This document shows, piece after piece, positions 50,891 through 59,743 of a DNA stretch of 64,000 nucleotides (the stretch's first letter is position 1; each line of letters opens with the position of its first letter). Origin of the DNA: an uncultured bacterium (GTDB taxonomy: Bacteria > Zixibacteria > MSB-5A5 > CAIYYT01). The DNA is taken from the NCBI GenBank assembly GCA_963726455.1, contig CAVSCK010000004.1, positions 928,001-992,000 on the forward strand, written 5' to 3'. The notes below the pieces were generated by a model. The model was given only the letters and a program-made list of their open reading frames with translations, ran no database searches and had not been told where the DNA came from. Made by a program: the position numbers and the translations under genes.

Positions 50891-51450
50891 TCCGTGCGCG
50901 GCAGTCGTCCTCGCCTGCCGCATGCCAACGATGGAGGCGCTTTCTCCCCTCGCCCTTTGGGAGAGGGGCCAGGGGTGAGGGAGCCCGCCTGATTGCATTC
51001 CGTTCCGTGCGCGGCAGTCGTCCTCGCCTGCCCCGTCCCAACGACGGAGTCGCTTTCTCCCCTCGCCCTTTGGGAGAGGGGCCGGGGGTGAGGGAGCACG
51101 CCTGCATGCATTCCGTTCCGTGCGCGGCAGTCGTCCTCGCCTGCCGCGTCCCAACGGAGGAGTCGCTTTCCCCCCTCTCCCTTTGGGAGAGGGGCCGGGG
51201 GTGAGGGAGCACGCCTGCATGCATTCCGTTCCGTGCGCGGCAGTCGTCCTCGCCTGCCGCGTCCCAACGGAGGAGTCGCTTTCTCCCCTCGCCCTTTGGG
51301 AGAGGGGCCAGGGGTGAGGGAGCCCGCCTGAATGCATTCCGTTCCGTGCGCGGCAGTCGTCCTCGCCTGCCGCGTCCCAACGATGAAGTCGCTTTCTTCC
51401 CTCTCCCTTTGGGAGAGGGGCCAGGGGTGAGGGAGCACGCCTGCATGCAT
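50891..51450 (+). repeat. 5 x 113-bp tandem array of two alternating hairpin elements
   Basis: Units start at 50891, 51004, 51117, 51230, 51343; each has GCGGCAG-TCGTCCTCGC-CTGCC(G/C)C and CCCTC(G/T)CCC-TTT-GGGAGAGGGG...GGGGTGAGGG. Confidence 0.95.
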
Positions 51451-51626
51451 GTGGCGGTGAGAGAACACCGCCATCCATCTTATGTTTAAAACCTTCTCCT
51501 TTTCCCCACTTCCCACGTACGACATAAGAAGATAATATTCATCCATTGGAGGAGATTGCACTTGACATTGGTATCGTACACATCATTATTAGGGAAATTT
51601 TCCGGTACATTCAGGAGGAATAAACT

Positions 51627-53057
51627 ATGAAAAAAGTGGCAAAGTTTCTGGGCATATCGGCAATTCTATGCATCTTCCTTTTCGCGGCAACTGCGTCCGC
51701 CGTGGAGATATCAGCCAAGCAGGCGGAATTGCTGAAGAACAGTCTGCACTCCAAACAGATTCTGGCTACTTCGACCAGTCTCCCCAACGACCAATTGACG
51801 CTTTTGGCCGTCTCGACGGCCATGGCCGAGTCAGGCCCCATCGATGCGTCGGTCAACCTGGCCGAAGTCTTCAAGCAGGTTGGCGCCTATGTGACTTACG
51901 TGGTCATCTCGGATACCTTCTACAACTGGCAGACCGACCACTGGGAAGGAAATCATCGTTCGACGTACACCTATTCAGGTATCAAGGAAACCAGCTCCAC
52001 CGAACAAACTTGGTCTGGTGCGACCTGGGCCAACGACAGGCAGGTCCTCTCGACCTATAATGGCGATGGCACCCTTAATATCATAACCAATCAGGATTGG
52101 TCTACTGACCATTGGCAGGATACTTCACGAGCGGTTTTCAGCTATGTCGGCGGAGTGAATAGCCAGATGGTCTTTCAGGAATGGTCGGGCTCGGCTTGGG
52201 TGAACTCAAGCAGACAGACGCTGTTTTATACCGGTGGAGCGCTCGATTCCACTGTGCTTGATTCCTGGCAATCAAGCGCTTGGGAGAGGTCAATGCTCAC
52301 TTCTTACGCTTATACCAGCGGGCACCTTTATCAGATAGTAACACAATTCTGGACTGCCGGCGAATACGTGAATTTCTCGCGAATCACCGATACTTACAAC
52401 GGCAGTTGGGAAGTGACCCAGTCCTTGTACGAATCGTGGCCTTTCGGCGGCTCCGCCTGGGCCAATTCCAGCAAGAGCGACTTCACCTACGATGTCTCCG
52501 GCCACGAAATCCTCGATGTGTTTTCCATGTGGAATGTCTCCACATGGCAAGTCAATCAGATCGATACCTCGAAGTGGACCGGCGGTGAACTGACCGAAGT
52601 CGTCCACAATTATGTCATTTCCGCTGCTCTGTCGAGAGATGACTACACTTACGATGGTAACGGCGACAGGATACTGGAAATTGGTCAGGAATATTCCGTA
52701 GGCGCCTGGGTCAACACCGATCGCGCCGTCTTTGTTTTCGGCGTAGCCGCCGTTCAGGTCGACGATGGCAGAATCCCGACTGATTTTTCACTGGCTCAGA
52801 ATTATCCTAATCCCTTTAATCCTCAGACCGTCATCCGATATTCACTCGACAAACGGGCACTGGTAAACATCACGGTCTTTAACGTCTTGGGCCAGGAAGT
52901 CACCAAGATCGAGGACGGAATACAGATGCCCGGCACCTACGAGACTACCTGGAACGGCACTGATCAGTCCGGTCGCTCCGTTGCCAGTGGCATCTACTTC
53001 TACAAAATCACGGCGGGCGACTTTACCGAAACTCGCAAGATGATGCTCCTCAAGTAG
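51627..53057 (+). CDS. Secreted protein with Trp-rich beta repeats (DUF3836-like) and FlgD/T9SS-like C-terminal domain
   Basis: Repeats Q.W.G..W.N..R...Y; LAQNYPNPFNP...FNVLGQ...SGIYFY...RKMMLLK. Confidence 0.85.
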   Translation: MKKVAKFLGISAILCIFLFAATASAVEISAKQAELLKNSLHSKQILATSTSLPNDQLTLLAVSTAMAESGPIDASVNLAEVFKQVGAYVTYVVISDTFYNWQTDHWEGNHRSTYTYSGIKETSSTEQTWSGATWANDRQVLSTYNGDGTLNIITNQDWSTDHWQDTSRAVFSYVGGVNSQMVFQEWSGSAWVNSSRQTLFYTGGALDSTVLDSWQSSAWERSMLTSYAYTSGHLYQIVTQFWTAGEYVNFSRITDTYNGSWEVTQSLYESWPFGGSAWANSSKSDFTYDVSGHEILDVFSMWNVSTWQVNQIDTSKWTGGELTEVVHNYVISAALSRDDYTYDGNGDRILEIGQEYSVGAWVNTDRAVFVFGVAAVQVDDGRIPTDFSLAQNYPNPFNPQTVIRYSLDKRALVNITVFNVLGQEVTKIEDGIQMPGTYETTWNGTDQSGRSVASGIYFYKITAGDFTETRKMMLLK

Positions 53058-53100
53058 GACACTATCACACACCGGCGATCAGCCGGTCAACGAAATATCT

Positions 53101-53131
53101 AGCGGCGGTCCGACCGGACCGCCGCTTTCTT
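53101..53131 (+). terminator. Intrinsic terminator
   Basis: AGCGGCGGTCC-GACC-GGACCGCCGCT then TTCTT. Confidence 0.85.
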
Positions 53132-53347
53132 ATCTAGACATCCGTAGGGGCTAGCCGGTGGCTCGCTCTGAACCGTGCCCGGACCTTCCCGCGCCTTTGG
53201 GAACCCGAATCAGTCCCACAAATGGCATTCACGTTGTTGCGTCGGTTCCTGATTTCGCGCTTTCCTTTCGCAAACCACTGATACTATTCACCCACCTGCG
53301 CGAAATTGTGAACCGACACCTTCCCAAAACTAAATCAATAGAACTGC

Positions 53348-53361
53348 TGCACATATGTACA
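53348..53361. promoter_or_regulatory. Putative LexA box, second copy (TGCAC-ATAT-GTACA)
   Basis: One mismatch from the palindrome at 53508-53521. Confidence 0.5.
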
Positions 53362-53499
53362 CACCCAGCTCCAGAGTCACTCCACGCTTCTTCGCCACCG
53401 CCGTCGCACCTAACACAATTCGTATCTTATTGTCATCCAACACACTATGCGCTAACACCTCAATCACTGAAAAATCCTCGCTAAAGTTCAACAAAACCC

Positions 53500-53528
53500 T
53501 TGACGACTGCACAAATGTGCAGTATACT
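53500..53528 (+). promoter_or_regulatory. Sigma70 promoter with palindromic operator (putative LexA box) in the spacer
   Basis: TTGACG-17 nt-TATACT; spacer holds ACTGCACA-AA-TGTGCAGT, i.e. TGCAC-N4-GTGCA. Confidence 0.8.
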
Positions 53529-53570
53529 GGTTCCGTACAACAAATGACGTCAGTAAGGAGATAATGCCAA

Positions 53571-53753
53571 ATGATTATCGAACAAATCGTGGAAACGCAG
53601 TGCCCTTGCGGAGGCACGCTGATTGAAGGCCGGAACGTTTACCGCTGCAGCGATTGCGGCCGCAAGTTCTGCATCGACTGTGGCTGTGAGGTATTCGCGC
53701 AGGCAGGGTGCGACTTTTGTCCAATCTGCGCAGTCTCAACCTGCGGAGTGTGA
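53571..53753 (+). CDS. Small Cys-rich Zn-ribbon protein (60 aa)
   Basis: AAGGAG RBS; CPC, CSDC, CIDC, C..CPIC....C. Confidence 0.75.
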   Translation: MIIEQIVETQCPCGGTLIEGRNVYRCSDCGRKFCIDCGCEVFAQAGCDFCPICAVSTCGV

Positions 53754-53843
53754 ATATGTGCGGCGGCTACCGCGATCTGTGGTAAGTCGCGCCGCCCAGA
53801 AAGTAGCTATCGCAGATAGGTGACTGAATAGGAGGGGTTCCGA

Positions 53844-56538
53844 ATGAGTATGCAAGTTTCGCATCTGACCGATTATGGAGTGCCGCCCATGGTTGTCGAA
53901 TCATGGCGCGCCAAACTGGGCGAGGAATTATTGCCGGTACAACAGCGTGCCGTCGTCGACTGTCAGGTACTTTCCGGCGGCAGTCTTCTGATTGCCGCGC
54001 CGACTTCATCCGGCAAAACCTTTTGTGGCGAACTGGCTGCCGTCGCCGCCGTGTTCAAACGCAAGAAGGCGTTGATTGTCGCGCCGCTAAAATCCATCGC
54101 CGAGGAACGCTACACCGAATTCAACTCGCGCTATTCTGCCCTCGGTATCCGCGTCACAATTTCCACCGCCGATCGTAAAGACTTCGATTCCGACCTCGAA
54201 CGCGGCCGCTTCGACCTTGGCATTCTCGTCATCGAAAAATTCAACCAACTCCTCGTCAAGAATATCGACCTCCTCTCTTCCGTCGACCTCGTCCTGATCG
54301 ATGAAGTTCAAATGATCGCCGACCCTGAACGTGGCTGGTGTCTGGAGCTGGCGCTTCTGAAAGTGCTCAACTCCGGCTATCACCCACAGATCATCGCGCT
54401 TTCCGCGGTGCTCCGGGACGCCGGCAAACTTGCGAGCTGGCTCGGCTGTCGCTTGATCGAGGACAACTTTCGCCCCGTGGAATTGCGTCAGGGCGTTCTT
54501 TGGAAAGGCAATTTCCGCTTCCGCGAATTCAACTCCCATAATGAAGGACACGATACCTTCGCCGAAACGGATGCGGATGACGTCGAGGATATCCTTCAAA
54601 CCAACGTCACGCGTTTCGTGAATTCCGGCGAACAAGTGCTCGTGTTTCTCAAAACCCGGCGCGCCTGCGAACAGTTGGCGCAATCACTCGCCGAAAAGAA
54701 TTTCTGGCCGCCTGCCGAGACTTCAATCGCTCAGCTTCAGTCGGAAAACACTTCTCGCTTGAATCTCGCGCTGATCCAAACCCTGCATTCCGGAGTCGCC
54801 TTTCATCACGCCGATCTTTCCTACCGCCAGCGCCGCATCCTCGAAAACGGCTTCCGCGCAGGCGGGATCAGAGTCATGGTTTCAACAACCACTTTGGCGA
54901 TGGGTGTCAACTTGCCCGCCCAAACCGTCTTCGTCGATTGCTACCGCTACCAAACCGGCAGTCGCTCCGGCAAAGCCATCATCGTGCCGCTCGCCTGGAA
55001 CGAATACGAAGCCATGTCGGGCCGAGCCGGCCGCTACGGAGTACCACCCAACCCTGACCCTCGTCATTGCGAGGAGCAAGGGGCGAGGGGAAGTGTTGCG
55101 GGGAGCGACGAAGCAGATCTCCACTCCCTGCGGCAAATCCATCCTCATCGCCGGGTCCCGCGCCGAGGCCGAGACCATGTGGCAAACCTACATCGAGGGC
55201 AAACCGGGACGCGTCGAATCCCGCCTGGCGGCAAAATCACTCTACGATCTTGCGCTCGACCTGGTCGCCTCCCGTTTGGCGCAGAAAGTTGCCGACATCG
55301 GTGCTCTGCTGCAAAAAAGCTTCCACTGCCATCAGGGCGGCACCTTCAACAACGAGGTTGTCTCCGCTGTAATCACCAAACTCGCCGACCTGAAACTTGT
55401 CTTCATCGCTGACGACACAATCGCCACTTCACCCATCGGCATCCTTATCAGCAGGCGCGGCGTAAGTGTCGCGTCCGGCATGATGGTCGTCTCCTTCTGC
55501 CGCAAGTATCACTTCCCCGACCGGCTGAGTTGGTTGTACTTCGCACTCTCGCTCCCCGATGCCAACCAACTCCCGGTCTATCTCAACCGCGACGAACTTG
55601 AAAACGGCCGCTATCGCCGCCTGCTGCGCGAGTATGTCGCGACGAATGCGGCGGTCTCAGACGAACTCCAAAAGATGGCCGGCTGCGAGTATGTGCTTGC
55701 CGACGAACAGAACCTCCGTCTCAAAGCCGCCTTTCTCTTGCTTGGCTGGGTCACCGACCAATCGACTGCCGACATCGAACTCGATTTCGGAGTCAATGTC
55801 GGTTCGATCCTTCAGCTTGCCGAAACCGTCTCCTGGCTTCTCGATACGTCCGCAAGTGTTGCGGCATTGCTCGACCGGCCCGCCGATCTGGTCGACCAAC
55901 TGCGGCAAACAGCGCAATCCATCTCCGCCGGCTTTGATCTGCCCGACACGGCCCTTGCCGATGCCGGCTTCGACGCCGAACAGCGCGACCTGGTTTGGCA
56001 ACTATTCAATGCCGGCATCGTATCGCTAGAACATTTCTGCGCCGCTAACCGCGATCGAATTACGGAAATCGCCGGTGAGGAAATCGCCGGCAAACTGATC
56101 GACAAATTCACGGCTAAAGATACCAACGCAAATCAATCATCCGAGGAGGTTGATATGTCACAGCTACGTCTGCGGGGGCTGATGCGGGGCGACCGAGTCT
56201 ATTTCAACTTCAGTAACCGCGAAATAGACATCACCCCCAAAAGCTACAACTACCTTTTCAAGTTAACCGTCGCCCGTCTCTTGAATCCCGAGGGCTGGCT
56301 CTCCAAAGACGAGATCGAGCCCGGCTTCAATCAGGCGAAAAACATCTATCGCGTGAAACAGGAACTCAAGCGCTTCGCCACCGGCCTCGAATCGCGCATC
56401 GAAAACAACGGTTCCGGTTTCTACCGAATCAACCTGTCGCCGGAACAGATCAAGATCGATTTCGACTCCATGAAGGCGTTCTGCGATCTGGAGTTGGCCG
56501 AGCTGACCAAACGCCTGGAGGTTCAAGCAGTGAGTTAA
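53844..56538 (+). CDS. Ski2/Hel308-like SF2 helicase with C-terminal winged-helix domain; repeat insertion and +1 frameshift near 55115
   Basis: APTSSGKT, DEVQ, ALSA, RPVEL, AFHHADL, TTTLAMGVNLPA, MSGRAGR; Hel308-like domains 3-4 continue in the next frame. Confidence 0.88.
55062..55121 (+). repeat. Repeat element inserted within the helicase CDS
   Basis: CGTCATTGCGAGGAG...GGGAGCGACGAAGCAGATCT, homologous to the intergenic copy at 20508. Confidence 0.8.
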
Positions 56539-56895
56539 GCGGTCAGCCCATCTGACTGTCGTACAATTGATTGCGAATTCACGCCCACGGGTTTTCTAGC
56601 AAACCGGTATTCTTGTTGGTGATGGTCGAGGGCAGTCCCCAAAACGGCTGCCCCCGAACAACCGGAAGGCATTGGGGGAATATGGGATTTGTCCGATAAG
56701 ATATATATCGGGTGGGGCAATGTGCCGGGAACGTGGGAAACTTCCCATTGTTCGGTAGGATAGGAGCAGCCGGTTGCCGCCTTCATTTGAGACGTAAACC
56801 GGAAACGCGCGGCGCATTGCTCAGGTAATGCAACGGGTGAGGAAGCATAGTAGCGGGAGTATAGGACAGCAAAGGGAAAGACGGAGACAGCAACA

Positions 56896-59358
56896 ATGGC
56901 ACAGGAAAAATCGGGTCTGGTAAAACAACTTCCGATCATACCGCTTCGGACTACCATCGTTTTCCCCGGCTGCGTCGAGACCCTGCAAATCAGCCAGCCG
57001 CATAATCTCAACTTGCTTCAAGACCTTGAAGACAGTCAGCACGAGATCGCGCTGGTCCCGCTTCGCGAAAGTCGCGAGGGCGCCGTCACCGAGGAAGACT
57101 TCTCTCCCATCGGTGTTCTGGCGCGTGCCGTCGCTGTCCAACCTTCCAAGGACAGCACTTACAGCGTCACCTTCGAGGCCGGGCAGCGCATTCAGTTTGA
57201 ACGGCTGGTCAAGACCGATCCTTACTGCGTCGGCGAATTTTCCTCGATTCTCCGTCGCAATGAAAACGGCTCGCTCGCCAAGACCATCGAGAAAATCTAT
57301 TCCTATGCCATGCGCATTCTCGAATCCGATCCCCACTATTCCACCGAGACGCAGGAAATTCTCAAAGCCAACCGTGATGATGTTGGCATGTTCATCGATA
57401 CCGTATCGCACCACCTCCACTTTTCCTTCGAGGAGAAACGCGACCTCCTCACCGGCCTGACCGTCAAGGAACAAGCGTTTTACCTGCTTGACCTCCTCAG
57501 CGAGGAATGCCAGCGGATGGAATTGGAGCAGGAATTGAAAGTCAAAGTCGAGGATGCCGTCAATCGCTCGCAGCGCGAATTCTTCCTGCGCGCCAAACTA
57601 AAAGAAATCCGGCGCGAACTCGGCGAGGATTTTGAAGACGACAACATGGCGAAATCCTATCGCCGTCGCATCAATATGATGACCGACCTGCCGCTCGAAG
57701 TCAAAGAGCAACTCTTCCTCGAAACCGAACGGCTGCGGCTGCTCTCAACCGCGTCCGCCGAGTACGGCTCCATCAAACGTTATCTCGACTGGCTGCTGGC
57801 AATACCCTGGGCCAAAAGCGCCGCGCAGGAACAGAACCTGGCGCGCGTTGAAAAAGTCATCGACAGCAATTTCTATGGCGCGACCGAAATCAAGGATCGC
57901 ATTACCGAATACCTGGCCAGCCGCCAACTGACCAAGAGCGTTTCCGCGCCGGTGTTGTGTCTTTCCGGACCCGCCGGTACCGGCAAAGCCAGTCTTGGCG
58001 CTGCCATTGCCGAAGCGCTCAATCGCCAGATGGTTCGCTTTAGCGTCGCCGGATTCAGTTCGCCCGAGGAATTGCGCGGTGAGCCGCACACACTCGAAGG
58101 CGCCATGCCCGGTAAAGTCGTCCGTTCGCTGATCGAGGCCAACTGCAACAACCCGCTCTTCCTCATCGAAGACCTCGACAAGCTCGCTCTGGATGAACCG
58201 CGCGTAGCCATTGCGCTCGCCTTTATCGAAGTCATCGACCAGCGCCAGAATCGCAAGTACATCGACGAGTACGTCGCGCTTCCCATCGACCTCTCGCAGG
58301 TCATATTCATCTTCAGTGTCCGCAGCACCGAGATGATCCCCGAACCGCTCCTGGAGCGCATGGATGTGATCGAGTTCACCGGTTATGTCGACCGCGAAAA
58401 AGTGACCATTGCCGAGAAATATCTGATTCCCGCCGTTCTCAAGAACACCGGCATCCAGAAAAGCGAACTTACCTTCTCTACGGGCGCGCTAAAAAATCTG
58501 ATTCAGAACTACACCATGGAAGCCGGACTCGGACAGGTTAAAGCCCGCATCGAGTCGGTCTGCCGCAAATTCTCCAAAGCCAAGGCGACGTCCAAAAGCA
58601 AAGTTTCCTGGTCGATCACCGAGGACAATCTCGAACACTACCTCGGCACACCGATCTACATTCCCGAAATGGCGGAAACCAAACCGGAAATCGGCGTCGC
58701 GGCCGGTGTGGCCTGGACTGGCGCCGGTGGCGACATCATGATGATCGAAGGCCTGAAAATGCGCGGCTCCGGCAACGTCACCTGTACCGGATCGCTCGGC
58801 GATGTCATGCGTGAGTCCGTGCAAGCGGCGCATAGTTTCGTGCGCTCGCGTGCCGATTACCTGTCGATCCCCTATGAAGATTTCAGCAATTACGACGTCC
58901 ACATCCACTTCCCGCAGGGCGCCATTCCCAAGGACGGCCCCTCTGCCGGTGTGACCATCTCGCTGGTAATTGCCTCCGTTATGAGCGACCGTCCCATTCG
59001 CAACGATATCGCCATGACCGGCGAGGTTTCGTTGCGCGGTAAAGTGCTGCCGGTATCGGGAACCAAAGAAAAGATCGCGGCCGCCTATCGCGCCGGTATC
59101 TACAAATTCGTTCTTCCGACTCAGAACAAGAAAGACCTCAAGGAGATCACCAAGGAACTGCGCGATCAAATGGAATTCATCTTCATCGACCGCACCGACC
59201 AGTTGTTCGACATCGCCCTGATGGATCAAGTCCCGTCGGCCGAGTTGCTCGAAAACCTCCTGCGCCTGGAGAGCAAACGCAAACTCAATTCGCGCAAAGC
59301 CGTCAAGAAAAGCGCATCCAAGAAACGCGCCGCCAAATCCCGACGCAAATCGCAATAG
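56896..59358 (+). CDS. lon: Lon protease homologue with degenerate AAA+ motifs
   Basis: LON N-domain, QREFFLR..LKEI..ELGE, YLDWL..IPW, protease [30 protein letters not shown]. Confidence 0.92.
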   Translation: MAQEKSGLVKQLPIIPLRTTIVFPGCVETLQISQPHNLNLLQDLEDSQHEIALVPLRESREGAVTEEDFSPIGVLARAVAVQPSKDSTYSVTFEAGQRIQFERLVKTDPYCVGEFSSILRRNENGSLAKTIEKIYSYAMRILESDPHYSTETQEILKANRDDVGMFIDTVSHHLHFSFEEKRDLLTGLTVKEQAFYLLDLLSEECQRMELEQELKVKVEDAVNRSQREFFLRAKLKEIRRELGEDFEDDNMAKSYRRRINMMTDLPLEVKEQLFLETERLRLLSTASAEYGSIKRYLDWLLAIPWAKSAAQEQNLARVEKVIDSNFYGATEIKDRITEYLASRQLTKSVSAPVLCLSGPAGTGKASLGAAIAEALNRQMVRFSVAGFSSPEELRGEPHTLEGAMPGKVVRSLIEANCNNPLFLIEDLDKLALDEPRVAIALAFIEVIDQRQNRKYIDEYVALPIDLSQVIFIFSVRSTEMIPEPLLERMDVIEFTGYVDREKVTIAEKYLIPAVLKNTGIQKSELTFSTGALKNLIQNYTMEAGLGQVKARIESVCRKFSKAKATSKSKVSWSITEDNLEHYLGTPIYIPEMAETKPEIGVAAGVAWTGAGGDIMMIEGLKMRGSGNVTCTGSLGDVMRESVQAAHSFVRSRADYLSIPYEDFSNYDVHIHFPQGAIPKDGPSAGVTISLVIASVMSDRPIRNDIAMTGEVSLRGKVLPVSGTKEKIAAAYRAGIYKFVLPTQNKKDLKEITKELRDQMEFIFIDRTDQLFDIALMDQVPSAELLENLLRLESKRKLNSRKAVKKSASKKRAAKSRRKSQ

Positions 59359-59427
59359 GCGCTAGTCCAAAAACTCTCGACTCAAATTTCTCTGGCTAAC
59401 TGCACTTCATCTCATTAGCGTTGTCCT

Positions 59428-59712
59428 ATGCCTGACGATTCCGACCAACCCGTTGAATACCCCATCGACGGCATTCTCGACTTGCATCACTTCGCGCCAA
59501 AGGACATCAAGGTTCTCGTGCCCGAATACATTGAGGCCTGCTTGGAAAAAGGAATCACCGAAATCAGAATCATTCACGGCAAGGGCATCGGCAATCTGCG
59601 CCGCACTGTTCACGCCCTGCTCGACCGCAACGCACACGTCCTTTCCTACCGCCTCGACAGCCAGTCCGCATCATCCTGGGGCGCAACTTTGGTAACGTTG
59701 AAGAAGCTCTAG
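59428..59712 (+). CDS. Stand-alone Smr-domain protein
   Basis: LDLH, IRIIHGKGIG.LR, WGATLV. Confidence 0.92.
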   Translation: MPDDSDQPVEYPIDGILDLHHFAPKDIKVLVPEYIEACLEKGITEIRIIHGKGIGNLRRTVHALLDRNAHVLSYRLDSQSASSWGATLVTLKKL

Positions 59713-59743
59713 ATTTCTCGGAAGTCAGTCGCCGGCCGTCGGC

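Noticed and set aside
50891-51450. CRISPR array
   Set aside because: Whole 113-bp units are near identical, with no unique spacers and no cas genes
50652-51561. Long ORFs in several frames across the tandem array
   Set aside because: Artefacts of a stop-poor GC-rich repeat (PSPKGRG/PLPKGEG peptides)
53571-53753. Cys-rich peptide as a second RiPP precursor
   Set aside because: CxxC pairs fit Zn ribbons and no maturase is adjacent
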